Below are positions 29,620-44,090 of a stretch of DNA of 64,000 nt, piece by piece. Every line of letters starts with the position of its first letter. Positions within the stretch are counted from its first letter, which is position 1. This DNA is from the human T2T-CHM13v2.0 reference genome, Homo sapiens. The notes under the pieces are model-generated. The model was given only the letters and a program-made list of their open reading frames with translations. It searched no databases and was not told where the DNA came from. The stretch is from NCBI RefSeq assembly GCF_009914755.1, contig NC_060932.1; one strand, given 5' to 3'. The position numbers and the translations under genes are program-made.

Positions 29620-30520
29620 CTGACCTGGCGGGAGGCTGGGTGTCCACCCTTTCCCCTGCAGTCCTGAAAGTCCGGTCCGAGCGCGGACGGGGCGGGGAGG
29701 GGCTGGGCGGGCCAGGCCAGCTCCATTGGCGCCAGGCGGGTGGGGGAATGCGCTGAGAGGACCCGTCCAGCTTGCTTAAAAGCCATCAGTTTTCTGACCC
29801 CGCATCGGTTCCAGGAAGAATATACCTATGTGACAAGCTAAGTTCTGCCTCATTTTGCATTTAGAAGCCACAAGAAAAACTTTTCGAAAACTTTTGTCCG
29901 TCTTTTGCTCCCCCGACGCGTGGTTTCCTGATGGTCCGTCCCCGGGCAGAGAGAGGGACGCCCCCTCCTCCTCCCCGCCTCTTGTGAGGCGCGCGGAGCC
30001 GCCTCCCCTGGGTCAGGTCTGATGGGCCGGTGGGCGCGCTAGTGGTGGCCGCCACCGCCGAAACCGTCGACCTCCTGGGCCCCAGTTCCGCGTCCAGCCC
30101 CGCGGCAGCATGGACTACCTGACGACGTTCACCGAGAAGAGTGGGCGCCTTCTGCGGGGCACGGCCAACCGCCTGTTGGGGTTCGGGGGCGGCGGCGAAG
30201 CCCGGCAGGTGCGCTTCGAAGATTACCTGAGGGAGCCAGCCCAGGGGGACCTCGGGTGCGGGTCCCCGCCCCACCGGCCCCCGGCGCCGTCCAGCCCGGA
30301 GGGACCTGGTGAGCCCACCTTTCTTTCGCCTCCCGCGCGGCCGACCTGGGCTGAGGGCTGTGGGGAGGCGGCGGTCGTGGCGCCGGGCGGGGGTCGCTGC
30401 CCGGCTCTGGCAGGTGTGCCTGGGCCGGGGCGGGCAACGTGGCCGGGGTGGCGGCCGCCGGGGGCGAGGAAGGAAGGACTCGTTCGGCTCTGGGGAGGGA
30501 AGACTTTCAGCTGCGTGCCA
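29620..30520 (+). promoter_or_regulatory. OXR1: CpG island / internal promoter of OXR1
   Basis: Abrupt GC- and CpG-rich block in AT-rich DNA. GC boxes GGGGCGGGG at 29689-29697 and GGGCGG at 29705-29710, inverted CCAAT (ATTGG) at 29725-29729. Contains the first coding exon. The TSS cannot be placed from sequence alone. Confidence 0.9.
30110..30308 (+). CDS. OXR1: OXR1 alternative first coding exon (MDYLTTFTEKSGRLLRGTANRLLGFGGGGEARQVRFEDYLREPAQGDLGCGSPPHRPPAPSSPEGP), ends in phase 1
   Basis: ATG in strong Kozak context (agcATGG) inside a CpG island. Donor CTG|GTGAGC at 30308/30309. The leftover G joins AC of the 51356 exon to give Asp, so the frame continues into recognisable OXR1 sequence. 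Confidence 0.92.
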
Positions 30521-31230
30521 GCTCTTCCTGCTCTGCTCTTCCTGCTTTCCTCACCTAGACTTGATTTTCTTTCCCCGCCAAGTATTTCAAGGGGACGATC
30601 CATTCTCTCTTTCCCTCCCACTGGGAGGTGAAGACTGAACCAGTTATGACGTCCGTGTTTTCAGTCTTGGATTCTTGAAGAGCGCTGTGCCTGCTTTGGT
30701 TTTGGTTTGGGTCAGTCTTTCCTTAATATTTCTCAGTTGTTAGGATTCACTTCCTAACCGAAAAATAAAAAGCCAGATACTTCTTTGTAAAATAAAACAC
30801 TTCATTAACATTGGAAGCTAGTTGACATTTTGCGTCGTGTACTTTTTGAACGGCTGCACGTTGTCTTGTGGTGGCAGAACCTAGAAACTTTCTCAGTTCC
30901 TGTTTATTTTGTGTTGTGTTGGCCGATTTTTTTCACCACAGTGGCTTTGTACCATTCTTTAAAACAGTCATTTGTAGCGACATGATATTGATAACTTAAA
31001 GAATTTTTGAAAGTGCTGCTGAACAGTTTTAGCATAATGCATAGGGTAACTTCCAGTGTCCTTGGCTTCGTTTAACAGGTAGCAGACATCCTAGCCATGT
31101 CTGATTTTTATTTTTGTTAATTGCTTTAATATTTGAGGGTTATGAAAATAAATGAGCATTAGAGAGTTTAGAAAATAGAGATAGGCACAAAGTGTGTAAA
31201 ATCTGTTTATAACTCCACATCGTGCCAGTC

Positions 31231-31381
31231 ATTTTATTTTAAATTTTATCTTACTTTATTTTTGTAGAGATGGAGTCTCGCTGTGTTGCCCAGGCTGGTC
31301 TTAACTCTTGGCCTCAAGTGATCCTCCTGCCTAGGCCTTCCCAAGTGCTGGGATTACAGGCCTGAACCACCATGCTGGGCC
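31231..31381 (-). mobile_element. FLAM / Alu left monomer
   Basis: Single arm; flanking TGCCAGT repeat. Confidence 0.85.
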
Positions 31382-31839
31382 CTGCCAGTTGTTTTAAAGC
31401 AGTAAAACAGTGAGGACATTTTTGATCTATGTGTGTAGGTATGTAATTTAAGCTTTGAAGAAATATTAAAGTCTCATTTTAGCATAGCCCTTTAAAATAA
31501 ATTTTCCTTACTTTACATAAAATATTTTTTATCTTTAGAAATGCTGTTTATGGAATTAGGAAATGAAAAGGGGAGGGGAATACTTTTGTTTCTGCTCTGA
31601 AGGACGTTAACCAAATGCAGAATCCTCTTAAAGGTGGGACCAGGCATAGGAAAGGGACTTTAAAGTGTTCAAATCAAGGACTTTTTAAAATGAGTTTTCA
31701 GTAGCCTAATTGAAAACAGTTGATGTGTGACCAGCCTTGAAATGGGTGGAGAATTCAGAAATATGTGGGGTAACTTAACTAAAAAGGAATATGGTTAGTA
31801 TTTTAATAAATATGGCCAAACACGTGTATCTGATTCATT

Positions 31840-31941
31840 CGGTGGCCCGTGTCTGTAGTTCCAGCTACTCTGCTCAGGCGGCTGGGGCGGGAAGATCCTT
31901 TGAGCCCAGGAGGAGAATCCAGACTGGGCAGCAGAGAGACA
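31840..31941 (+). mobile_element. Degenerate FAM/Alu monomer
   Basis: ctgtagttccagctact...tttgagcccaggag. Confidence 0.65.
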
Positions 31942-32853
31942 CTTTTGTGTTTATATATGTGGAGCACACAGCTATATCTGACACCCTCCTTCAAAGTGGC
32001 GCTTCTGAAGTGATATGTATTCCTCTTCTGTTGAAGCTGCCTTATGTATTCATTGCATATTCTTTAATAGTCATGGTGCCCCCAAATCTCTGACACATTA
32101 GAGAGGCGTTGTGAGGTCAAAGTATGACCACAGTCATGTGGGCAGGTACGTCCTAGCATTAACTTCCTGAAAGAATTTGGACAAGTTACTTAGTGTCTTT
32201 GGGCCTATATTTTCTTCTTTGTAAATGAGGTTGGATTTGGTGATTTCAAAATTCTCTATTCTAGAGCATTTTCATTTGGAGCAGAATTAGTGAAAACTAG
32301 CTGACTTTTGAGAGGCAACGTGTATATACACAAGTGAAAAATAAATGATTCTTCATATGTTTCCAGCTAGCCTTTGTTTAAAATGAGAATTCTGTGCTTT
32401 GCAGCTGCTTCTCAGATGGATTTTGGCTCTAGGGTTGTTCTTTGTGTTTGTGTCCTTTAGAATGAGTGTCTGTCAGTCTGTTTGAAGGATTTCTTCTGCT
32501 CTTTCTACTCTTATTTCAGTTTCTTAATAGCTGCTTAAGTTTCCTGCTATCATTCTTTCTTCAGTTCTTTAAGAAGCCCTGTGTATTATAGGAGTATTTC
32601 TTGTTACAGATACTTTCACACATGTAAATTGACTGCATTCCAGGAAACCCTTTGTTGTTAGTGATCTTATTCCTCCTTTCATCCACTAAGATGAAAAAGT
32701 AGAACCTTGTTTCTGTTCCTTCTCACAACCCAACATCGGAGGAGTTACGCATCAAGAAGGGGTGGAGGGAGTCATGTTCAGCAATGATGTTGATAAGATA
32801 GTTTCACCATTGACAGATTAAGGATAGACCAGATAAAATTTTGGTCAAATGTC

Positions 32854-33333
<480 letters not shown>

Positions 33334-34961
33334 TCAATGTTTCTGAGTTTACCCTTTCTATAAAGAAACCACTTACTGAACTGTTAATGTCTCTCCTTCC
33401 TTTACTCCTCTCCAAGGTGGCTGCTTTTGCTCTTACCAGCTTTTAGTGCTTGCTGGCTCCATCATTATAGCCCTCTCAGGAAAACCATAATTGAGACTTA
33501 GACATATTAAGGACATTATCACACCATTGATCTAGTTAATAACAATTACAAAGGAAACATCTTAAAATACAATGCTTGTTCCTGATTAACGGGTACATTA
33601 TGCTTTGATTTTAAAAAATTGTTTTGAACTTTAAATATAGCTCTTGTTTGGGGGCATAACTATAACTCATAATGTATAATCTTTAAAAGTACTCACTTCA
33701 CTAGATTATATTGTAATAAATATAGATAAATTTTACTAGTGTAGACTCTCAACTTACTGTCGTATAAACATGAAATCGTTTTTATCATAAGCGTCCTATT
33801 ATATCAACCTCATTTTCCCACTTGGTGACAGGATTCTTTGAGCACAACTCAGCCCTTTTACATTTTCTTTTCATTTATTTTTAGCAATTAAAACTATCTT
33901 TCAGTTATTTAAGACTTGGTCCATTTATTTAAAAATTTCAGTCTCATATTCAATTTATATCTCCATTTACCTTTCTACCTCAGTTCCCATTCCAAGTTAG
34001 GTTGGTAGCGGAGAAGAGGTGTGGTCTAGCTCTCACAAACTCCCCTCCACCCCTTCTTGATGCATTAACTCCTCTGATGTTGGGATGTGGGAAGGAATAG
34101 AAGCAGGGGTCCACTTTTTCATTTTAGTCCTTTTTGGCCCCTTAGTGGGAGGATGACAATGGTGGATAGCAGTAGTAGCAGCAGTGATGGAACAGTTCTG
34201 CTAAAATGGCTACTCCTATGCAGAAGTGCTGACTTCAGTAGCCAACAGTTCTTTCAACTTTGAATCTGGGACATTAACATCTGGTAATACCAACCATAGA
34301 CCTTAGTTGCAAATTGTTGTACTAGGCACCTAAAACTGCTCTGCCTCATAGCATATATGTTACTGGTATGTGTGTGTATATCAATAGAGTTGATGAAAAA
34401 TGAAGTTAAGTGGGAATGTATTACATTTTTATGACTTGAATTATTTGACATGTCAAGGAAAAACTATTTAATAATAATATTTTTTTAAATGATTATCCCT
34501 GTTGCTGAAGTTTCATTTTAGGTTTACATTAAGCAAATCCTATGTACTGAATGTATGTAACTGAAGGAGAAGCGTTTAGAAGCCTGAGATTGATATTCTT
34601 GTTACTGGTTCACTTTTGATAATCATGGAAAATGTAAACCAAGACATGGAATAATAATTATAATAGACAAAACATATAGTGCTTGCTGTGTCTTACGCAC
34701 AAGTTAACACTCAGCAACAACCCTATGAGGTAATTAATAGTAGCATTTTCATTTTACTGGTGAGGGTACTGAGGTTCATTAATGATCCTGTCTAGTTGGG
34801 AAAATAGACATTGGACAAAGAATTTATAACTGTGTTGGTTATTGGGCATGGAATGTAAAATATATTATGGGAGTATATAAGAAGGGTTTCTAACCTAATA
34901 TTGGGGGGTGTAAAATATCATGTTTTGCTTGGATTGGGGGTAATGTCTATTTCAGTAAATG

Positions 34962-34962
<1 letters not shown>

Positions 34963-34998
<36 letters not shown>
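34963..34998. repeat. (GAT)12 microsatellite
   Basis: Perfect trinucleotide run. Confidence 0.97.
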
Positions 34999-35026
34999 AC
35001 TTGTAGTAATAACAGAAGTAGTAATA

Positions 35027-35246
35027 CAGGTTGAGCATCCCAAATCAGAAAGTCCAAAATCTGAAACTTTTTGAGGGCCTACATGATGCTCAAAGGAAAT
35101 GCTCTTTGGAGCATTTTGGATGTTTGGATTTGGGATGCTCAATCAGTAATGCACATATTCCAAATCCATCCTATCCTTTAGGAAGATTCAAAAAAATCCA
35201 AAACACTCCTGTTCCCAAGCATTTCAGATAAGTGGTACTCAGCCTA
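35027..35246. mobile_element. Tigger4a/MER46-type DNA transposon
   Basis: TIRs CAGGTTGAG / CTCAGCCTA with TA on both flanks. Confidence 0.85.
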
Positions 35247-35706
35247 TAGCAAGAACGATAGCTGTAATGGGGCAGGCTCTGAGCAAAAGTTTTTTATTTA
35301 ATCCTAATAAAAACCTGATGACATAGTACTATTATTATCCTATTGTCCTTTTGAAAAATCTGAGCCAAAGAAAGAAGTGAGAAATTCAGAATTTATTTGG
35401 GTGTTTTCTTAGTATTTGCAAGAGTTACAGTCCTTGAGATAGGGGAAAAATGTGAGAAGAATTAAAATTCTATCATGTAAGGTATTAAAGTTAAATTAGT
35501 TAAGATTGTAAAGGATAGAATGGATTGTCATTGAAGGTTCTTTAGAGTTAGAAAGATAGTAAAATGACAGAGCTGGAAATGCAAAATCCAATGAGGGTGT
35601 GAGAAAAATTAGGTATATATTAGGTTGGAAATTGCCACCTCAGATGATGTGTTAAGAGTTAGATGATGGTTTATCTTGAACCCAGGAGGACCAAGTGCCT
35701 CTAAGG

Positions 35707-36015
35707 CAGGGGTCCCCAGCCCTGGTCCATGGCCTGTTAGGAACCAGGATGCACAGCGGGAGGTAAGCAGCAAGCGAGCCAGCATTACTGCCTGAGCTCT
35801 GCCTCCTGTTAGATCAGTGGGGACATTAGATTCTCATAGGAGTGTGAACTTTATTGTGAACTGCACATGCAAGGTCTAATCCCTGATGATCTGAGGTGGA
35901 ACAGTTTCATTGAGAAGCCATCTCTCTCCCCATCCCCCACCCCTTGCCCACATGTCCATAATCCATAGTCTTCCATGAAGCCTGTCTCTGGTGCCGTAAA
36001 GGTTGGGGACCACTG
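35707..36015. mobile_element. MER1B hAT transposon
   Basis: TIRs CAGGGGTCCCCA / TGGGGACCACTG; imperfect 8-bp TSD ctctaagg / ctttaaga. Confidence 0.9.
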
Positions 36016-36374
36016 CTTTAAGAGACCTGGAGTGTACCAGTTGTTACAGTAACTTTTTAAAACAACCACCACCACCACAAAACAAAAAACTCACAGTGTT
36101 GGTAGAAGATAACCCTAGCTGGCCCCAGTTTTAGTCTCTTTTCCTAAAGCCGGATGGGAGGAAGAGAATACTCTCTACTTGATCGGCAACCTCAGTGGGC
36201 TCTAGTGGTAACTCCCAACTAGTTAGCCTTTCTTAATAGTGTATCATTTAGTTCAGTGGTTCTCAGGCATGAGGTTGATTTGCCTGTTTTAGAATTGCTG
36301 CTTGTCTCACAGGATAGCTGATAGGAAGTTCTGTATTATCTATGTTGTAGAACAAAACTGCCTCTAAAATAAGC

Positions 36375-36545
36375 TGATGATTCTCAAACTTCAGCATGCA
36401 ACAGAATCATCTCCTGAAGGGCTTGTTAGAAAAATATTGTTGAATACCTCTCCTAGAATTTGTGATTCTGTGTGGCTGAGAATTTGCATTTCTAACAAGT
36501 TCTTAAGTAATGCTGATGCTGCTGGTCTGGCAACCACACTTTTCT
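36375..36545. mobile_element. MER5A DNA transposon
   Basis: ttctcaaacttcagcatgca...aatttgcatttctaacaagttc...gctgatgctgctggtc. Confidence 0.8.
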
Positions 36546-36957
36546 TAGTGGGTAAGTCTTTTATCCATGGGAAGGTTAGAAGTAAATATAGAAATGATGA
36601 AATTTATTAAATGCTTATATTAATAGTTTTGTTTTAAGTCTAGGAATAATCAGTGTATTTGGTCTTTAAGGTATTTGTTCTGTTTCATAGAATTAGGCCT
36701 ATAAAAGTGGCCAACAAATTAGTCTTAAGAGTATAATTTAAAATGCATACTTGCGTAATTGTTTTTTGACTTGGGATTTTAAGTTGAAAGGTGCAACAAT
36801 TTGGCTAAACTTAGAAACCACTGGAATGTTTAAGAACTTAACATTTATTATATTTAAAACTTAGTATAGGGTTTTTAATATTTTTCTCAGGAGGTTTACT
36901 TGTTAGAAGCAATGTGTTTAAAATAGAATATAGTAAATTTATAAATGCAGTTTAGTA

Positions 36958-37564
36958 TAGTAAGTCCTCCTTTGACATCATCAATAGGTTTGTGGAAGTT
37001 GCACCTTTTAAGCAAAATGATGTGTAAAGAAACCAATTTTACCATAAGCTAATTGATGTAAACAAGAGTTAGGTTCCTACCATATATTTCTGGTCACAAA
37101 AACATTAGCAAACTTGTAAGTAAAGACCTAAAATACTTCCATTATTAAACATTGAAATAAATGTGAACTATGCAAACATTAAAGAAAGATTAATAAAGAC
37201 AAGAGAATTATTTACTCAGTTATTCCAGTCAGAGTCACTGTTGGCTGGATCCTGTCCTGCTCATGGCACAAGGTGGGAACCAGCCCTAGACGGGACACCA
37301 TTCCACCTCAGGGCACAGTCACACACACACACACGCACACAAACACACACATTCATACTAGGACAGTTTAAACACACTAATTAAGCTAATGTGCACATCT
37401 TTGGATGTGGGAGGGAACTGGAGTACCTGGAGAAAACCTATACAGATGTGGGTAGAATGTGTAAACTCCACACAGACAGTGGCCTTGTCTGGGAATTGAT
37501 TTTTTGTTCTTATCAAAGTTATAACAAAACAATGATAACAAAACGATGTTATTCAAGGACCTGT
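36958..37564. mobile_element. MER82-like Tigger-family DNA transposon
   Basis: agtaagtcctc...aaaccaattttaccataagctaattgat...gatgttattcaaggacctg. Confidence 0.75.
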
Positions 37565-38379
37565 AATATATGTAAGAGAACTTAGTTACCCATGTTTATA
37601 ACAGGATTATTTAGGGATATTTAATTTTCCAGTTTGAGTTGGTCAGCTATTTAAAGCACCTTAGAAAGTGTTAAAATTTGCTAGATTATAAATAGAATGC
37701 ACTTTTTATGGTAGAAGACAAGGGAAAGTAGGTTTTTATATTTTTAACTTCAAGAAATCTAACATTAAAAGTAAAGTGACTGCAGATAGTGTTTTTCTGT
37801 GTGTGAAGGCTTATTTCATGGCCACTAGGAAACTTACATTAGGAGACTCTTTATAAATGTTGTTCAATAGGTGATACTAGTACAAAAAGGAATGTGTTTT
37901 AGGGTCAAATACATACATTAGAGAAAGGACAAAAATTGGCTTTTATTTTCTAGCAGTAAATGGAAAGAAGGAAATGTAATCAGCCATAAATCACAGTGTC
38001 CCTAGGATAAAGATAAACCTGTTGCTTAGGCAGCCAGGAGAAACACAGTTATTCCTTATAGTGAGAATATAACAAAAAAAAAACTCATGGAACTCTGTAA
38101 TAAAGCAAAACAAACCAAAAAGCTTATTTTTATGGTAAGTACAGACTTCAGTTTCAAAAATCTATTTTTAATTTTTTTAAACCCATTAAATCTTTAATGT
38201 AGTTCAATGGTGTAGCTCTAAACTGCAAGTTAGTAAAAGCACTTCTGTACAAGGGGAAAACAATTAATCCAAATATGCAGTTATCTAACAGTCCATCTTA
38301 ACTGAGAGGTAGGTTTTACATTTTAAACTATAGATTTTAGATAGTTACGACTCTCTGTTTTGGATTTTTTTGAGAGTAC

Positions 38380-39230
38380 TACTCAATAGAATTTTTTGAG
38401 GTGATGAAAATGGTCTGTATCTGTGATGGCCAGTATGGTAGCCACTAGGCAAATATGGCTATTGAGTATCTGAATTGCAGCTAATGCAAATGAGGAACTG
38501 GATTGAGAAATTTGGATTCAGGATTCTGTATTTGCTCTATCTAATATGGTAGCAACTAGTGTTAAAGGAAAAATTATTTGATAATACTTCCTAAAGCACA
38601 ATAAGACAGACTTTATTCAGGACCATTGCAATAGGGATAGGGACTGTGGCAATGAGATTTTGTAGTTGAGGAGAGAGATTGGGCTCAACTCCAAATACAA
38701 AATGGGCAAGTGGGAATTTCTAGCCAAGGAGTAGAGTAAGGATAGATGGATGGACAATTGCTAAGAGGTAACGTCAGGAATAAGGGGTATTATGGTGAAA
38801 CTGACCTACCAGGATTCTTGCTGAAGGCAGGCCAGAGTAATCAGACTTCACCTGGACAGTGGAGGATGAGAAAACTGATCAGATACGGAAGGTAATCAGA
38901 TATCCAGGATCGGGGTGGGGGTTCCTGCTACACTGACCTTAACATGATTCTTGCTGAAACTCGGTTTTATAAGGAAGTGAACAGATTGGCATAGGAGAAG
39001 GTTCAGCAGCCTGACTAAAATTTGGCTATGCAAATAATCTTTGTGACTAGGCACATGTAGCTATTTTAATGTAAATTAATTTAATTAAGTAAAACTTTAA
39101 ATTCAGTTTTCAGTCTCACTAGAGACATTTCAAGTACTCACAAGACAGATGGCTAGTGGCTACCATATTATACAAGGCAGATATAAAACATTTTTACCAT
39201 TGCAGAAAGTTTTATTGGGCAGCATTGATA
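38380..39230. mobile_element. MER3/MER33-type hAT remnants, split by the LTR at 38560-39046
   Basis: tatggtagccactagg...ggctattgag motifs on the left; sequence resumes ctaggcacatgtagctatt after the LTR. Confidence 0.7.
38560..39046 (-). mobile_element. ERV1 solo LTR (MER31-like)
   Basis: 487 bp; perfect 4-bp TSD CTAG at 38556-38559 and 39047-39050. Confidence 0.8.
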
Positions 39231-41989
39231 GCAATGAGTCCCAATGCAGGGTACACATTAGAATTCCCTGGGTAGCCATGAAAAAATTTTGATGCCAAGA
39301 TCTGATTATAATCAAAGATTTGATCTTGAAATCTCTGTTTAAGATCTCCACTTACAGTTTCTTACGGAATTCTAATATGTAACTAGGGTTAAAAACCACT
39401 GACTTAGGATGTGAAGGACTCTACATCATTCTGTTTTCCTTAATGATATTTCTCTCAATCAAACTCTTGCTGAATTTAGCAGGTTATTATTTATTTATTT
39501 TTCTTTACAAGTACTTGGGGCATGCACCTATTTTATGATGCAAGTTAATAAAAGAAATGCATGTTTAAGTTTTCTGCCAACCTCTGGATAGTATTGAGAC
39601 CTTAGGAAAGTTGAGGTGACTTACAATGAAAAGTTCCTAAAAGGAAGACATGTTTGTATGCTGAGAGAAAGATGCTGAAGATAAAATGACTGTGTGGCAA
39701 GGTCCTTGTGGAATAAATAAACTACTGGAATTATGATCATTCTTTTTTCACATGCCACAATTAAGAGCCATTAATATTGTGGAATATTTGCTTCCAGTCT
39801 TTTATACGAAATTAATTTTTAAAATAAACCTGATAGATACTATATATAAATAAGTCATATGTTGCAAATACTGAACTTTAAAAATCACCTCTAATCCAGT
39901 CACCCAGAGATACTGTTAATATTTGGGTAGGCATTACTGCCAAGTAATGTACATCACTTCTATGTGTATGTACATATAGAAGGATGGATGGGTGGTTAGA
40001 AGGAGGGAGTGACAGAATGAAAGATAATACTTATTCACCACAAGAGGTTAATTCCTAAGGGGTGTGTCTAAATTTAAGCAAATTCTAAAAAAAAAAAAAA
40101 GAAAAAAAATTACAGATACTGTTATTACAATCTTGTTTCAGTTTTAGGTGGGATATATTTAACCATGCTTTGGTATGACATTAGCAGTTTCATTTCTCAT
40201 TTTTCTCCTCCTCACATCCTAATATTTACTCATTTTACTATTTTTACATTGTCCATGTTTGTAACATTCATACTTAGTTTTTCAACCACTTTTTTATAAC
40301 TTATTATTGTTCTATATTCTCTAGTAACCTTTTAGAATGTCCTCCTTGATTCTGGAGTTTTTGATACAATTGGCATAATTTCAGTCTTATAGCACTGAGT
40401 AATGTTTCAGTAGAGAAGTCTCATGCAAGCCAGCCAGATTCTTTTCCATTTCCCCTAGTAGATGATTTGCTTTTTATGCATGAATTGTTGAATAATTTTT
40501 TAAGCTCCCAAGCATAATAATTTAACTAAGAGTAGAAATGGGAATAGCCTGACTCATGTGCCCACATGTGTCTATGTGGAATAATCTTTTAGGAATTACA
40601 CCTTTCTTCTGGAATACATGTTGATGGAGCAGCCACTATATGGAAGATCTCTGGTTTTGAGATAGAAAAGAGAGCTAAGAAGTACAATTTTGGCTCCAAA
40701 CACTTCCACCTGGAAGACATATATGGTTCATTGGGCAAAGCAAGTTGGCCATGTCTGACATCAATAGGATGGTGAGGTATATTTTATATTCCTCAACAGG
40801 AAGGAATACAGGCTTAGTAACAATAATATAGTCTATCACCATGACTAATTTAGAAACCATTATATTAGTTTGACAGATTTGAAAACTGCTGGTGTTAACT
40901 GTCACAAATATGAAGTTATGTAGGGAAGCCCATTTCTTCTGTCACTTACGCAGTCTGCAGGTCTTTGATCTCTTCAGAAGCTCTATTTGTATGTCTCTCA
41001 AATGTGTTGTGCGTGCAAATCAATAGTAAATCTGTAGGTCCGGACTGAGCCTCAGATCTTACATTCACAGTAAGCTTCTGGGTGATGTCAATGCAGCTGG
41101 TCCCTGGAACACACTTTTAAATAGCAAGGCTCTATAGCTCTTTAATATCATGGATCTTTTCACTTAGAAGAGAGCCAACTTTAAGGTCTAGATGGAGGAA
41201 AAGGGGCAGTAAAAAGGAACATTAATGGGTATGAGACCAAGAGGAGTGTGAAATACTTTCAAATAAAGGGAAAGAGGAACATGCAGAAGAAGTCTCTTGG
41301 ATGTTTCACAGAGATCAGATAAAAAAAAAGTGGAAAAGCCCATCAAATTTGCCATTTAATTTATTCATTTTAGGGTGGGGATTGTGAACTGGGGAAGAGA
41401 AGATATTACAATACATTGTGGATTCTGTAGGAGATAATGGAGTAAAGACAGTAAAAGTAGATTTCTACTTTCAAAAATTCAACTGAAAAGAAGCAGAAAG
41501 ATGGAGTAGTATCTAGAAAAAGATAGATACTAGATTTGAGGGAAAATTGAGGGGTTTTGTTTTGTTTTTGTTTTGATCGTGGATAAGGAGTCAATAGTGA
41601 AATGTTGAAAATACAGGTTTTTTTCCCTAGTATCTCATTATTGAGAGAATTATTAGAAAAGCTACAATCAGCAATCTGTTTTTTTTTTAGTTTAGAAGAT
41701 ACTTTTAAAGTGTTTGAAGTTTTAGTATCTATATTACTGTTTTTGAAAATACTGACTTGCAGCTCAATGTTTTAAATAGTCAAACTTTTTATACATAGCT
41801 ATTATCAATATTGTAATATTCAGTTATTATAGGAGTCTTTTATTACATTAAACCTGATCTCATAGTACGTTCATTGATGATTTCCAGACTTTCTACAGCA
41901 TACCTTTCCATTTCTTTACCAAAATGATTTTTTTAAAGGTTTTATACTGCTCTGTTAATTCTCTGCTTGAAAGTCCTTCAGGAGTTCTG

Positions 41990-43500
<1,511 letters not shown>

Positions 43501-43645
43501 ACTATCTTAAAAATAATGTTTTTTAAATACGCATGTATTCAGCGTGTAAAACTGTTTCATATATCTTGGCAGTGGCAGACAGTTTTTAACATCCTTGCAT
43601 TGTCTGGGAAGAGGATAAAAGTACCAGTTAATATTAGGCTGTGAG

Positions 43646-44090
43646 CATATGTTTATTGCAGCACTATTCACAATAGCAAAGACTTGGAACCAACCCGAAT
43701 GTCCATCAGTGATAGACTGGATTAAGAAAATGTGGCACATATACACCGTGGAATATTATGCAGCCATAAAAAATGATGAGTTCATGTCCTTTGCAGGGAC
43801 ATGGATGAAGCTGGAAACCATCATTCTCAGCAAACTATCACAAGGACAGAAAACCAAACACTGCATGTTCTCACTCATAGGTGGGAATTGAAGAACGAGA
43901 ACACTTGGACACAGGAAGGGGAACATCACACACCAGGGCCTGTCGTGGGGTGGGGGGAGGGGGGAGGGATAGCATTAGGAGATATACCTAATTGTAAATG
44001 ACGAGTTAATGAGTGCAGCACACCAACATGGCACATGGATACATATGTAACAAACCTGCATGTTGTGCACATGTACCCTAGAACTTAAAG

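Noticed and set aside
30030-30050. CTCF-like motif gggcgcgctagtgg
   Set aside because: Several mismatches in the core; cannot be supported without a PWM scan or ChIP data.
30110-30631. 173-aa single-exon ORF from the ORF track
   Set aside because: It reads through the donor at 30309. Only the first 66 codons connect to downstream OXR1 exons; the rest is GC-rich intron, and there is no evidence for intron retention.
29415-30638. Overlapping sense and antisense ORFs of 75-137 aa across the CpG island
   Set aside because: Expected from stop-codon scarcity in GC-rich DNA; low-complexity G/P/R/A products with no recognisable family.
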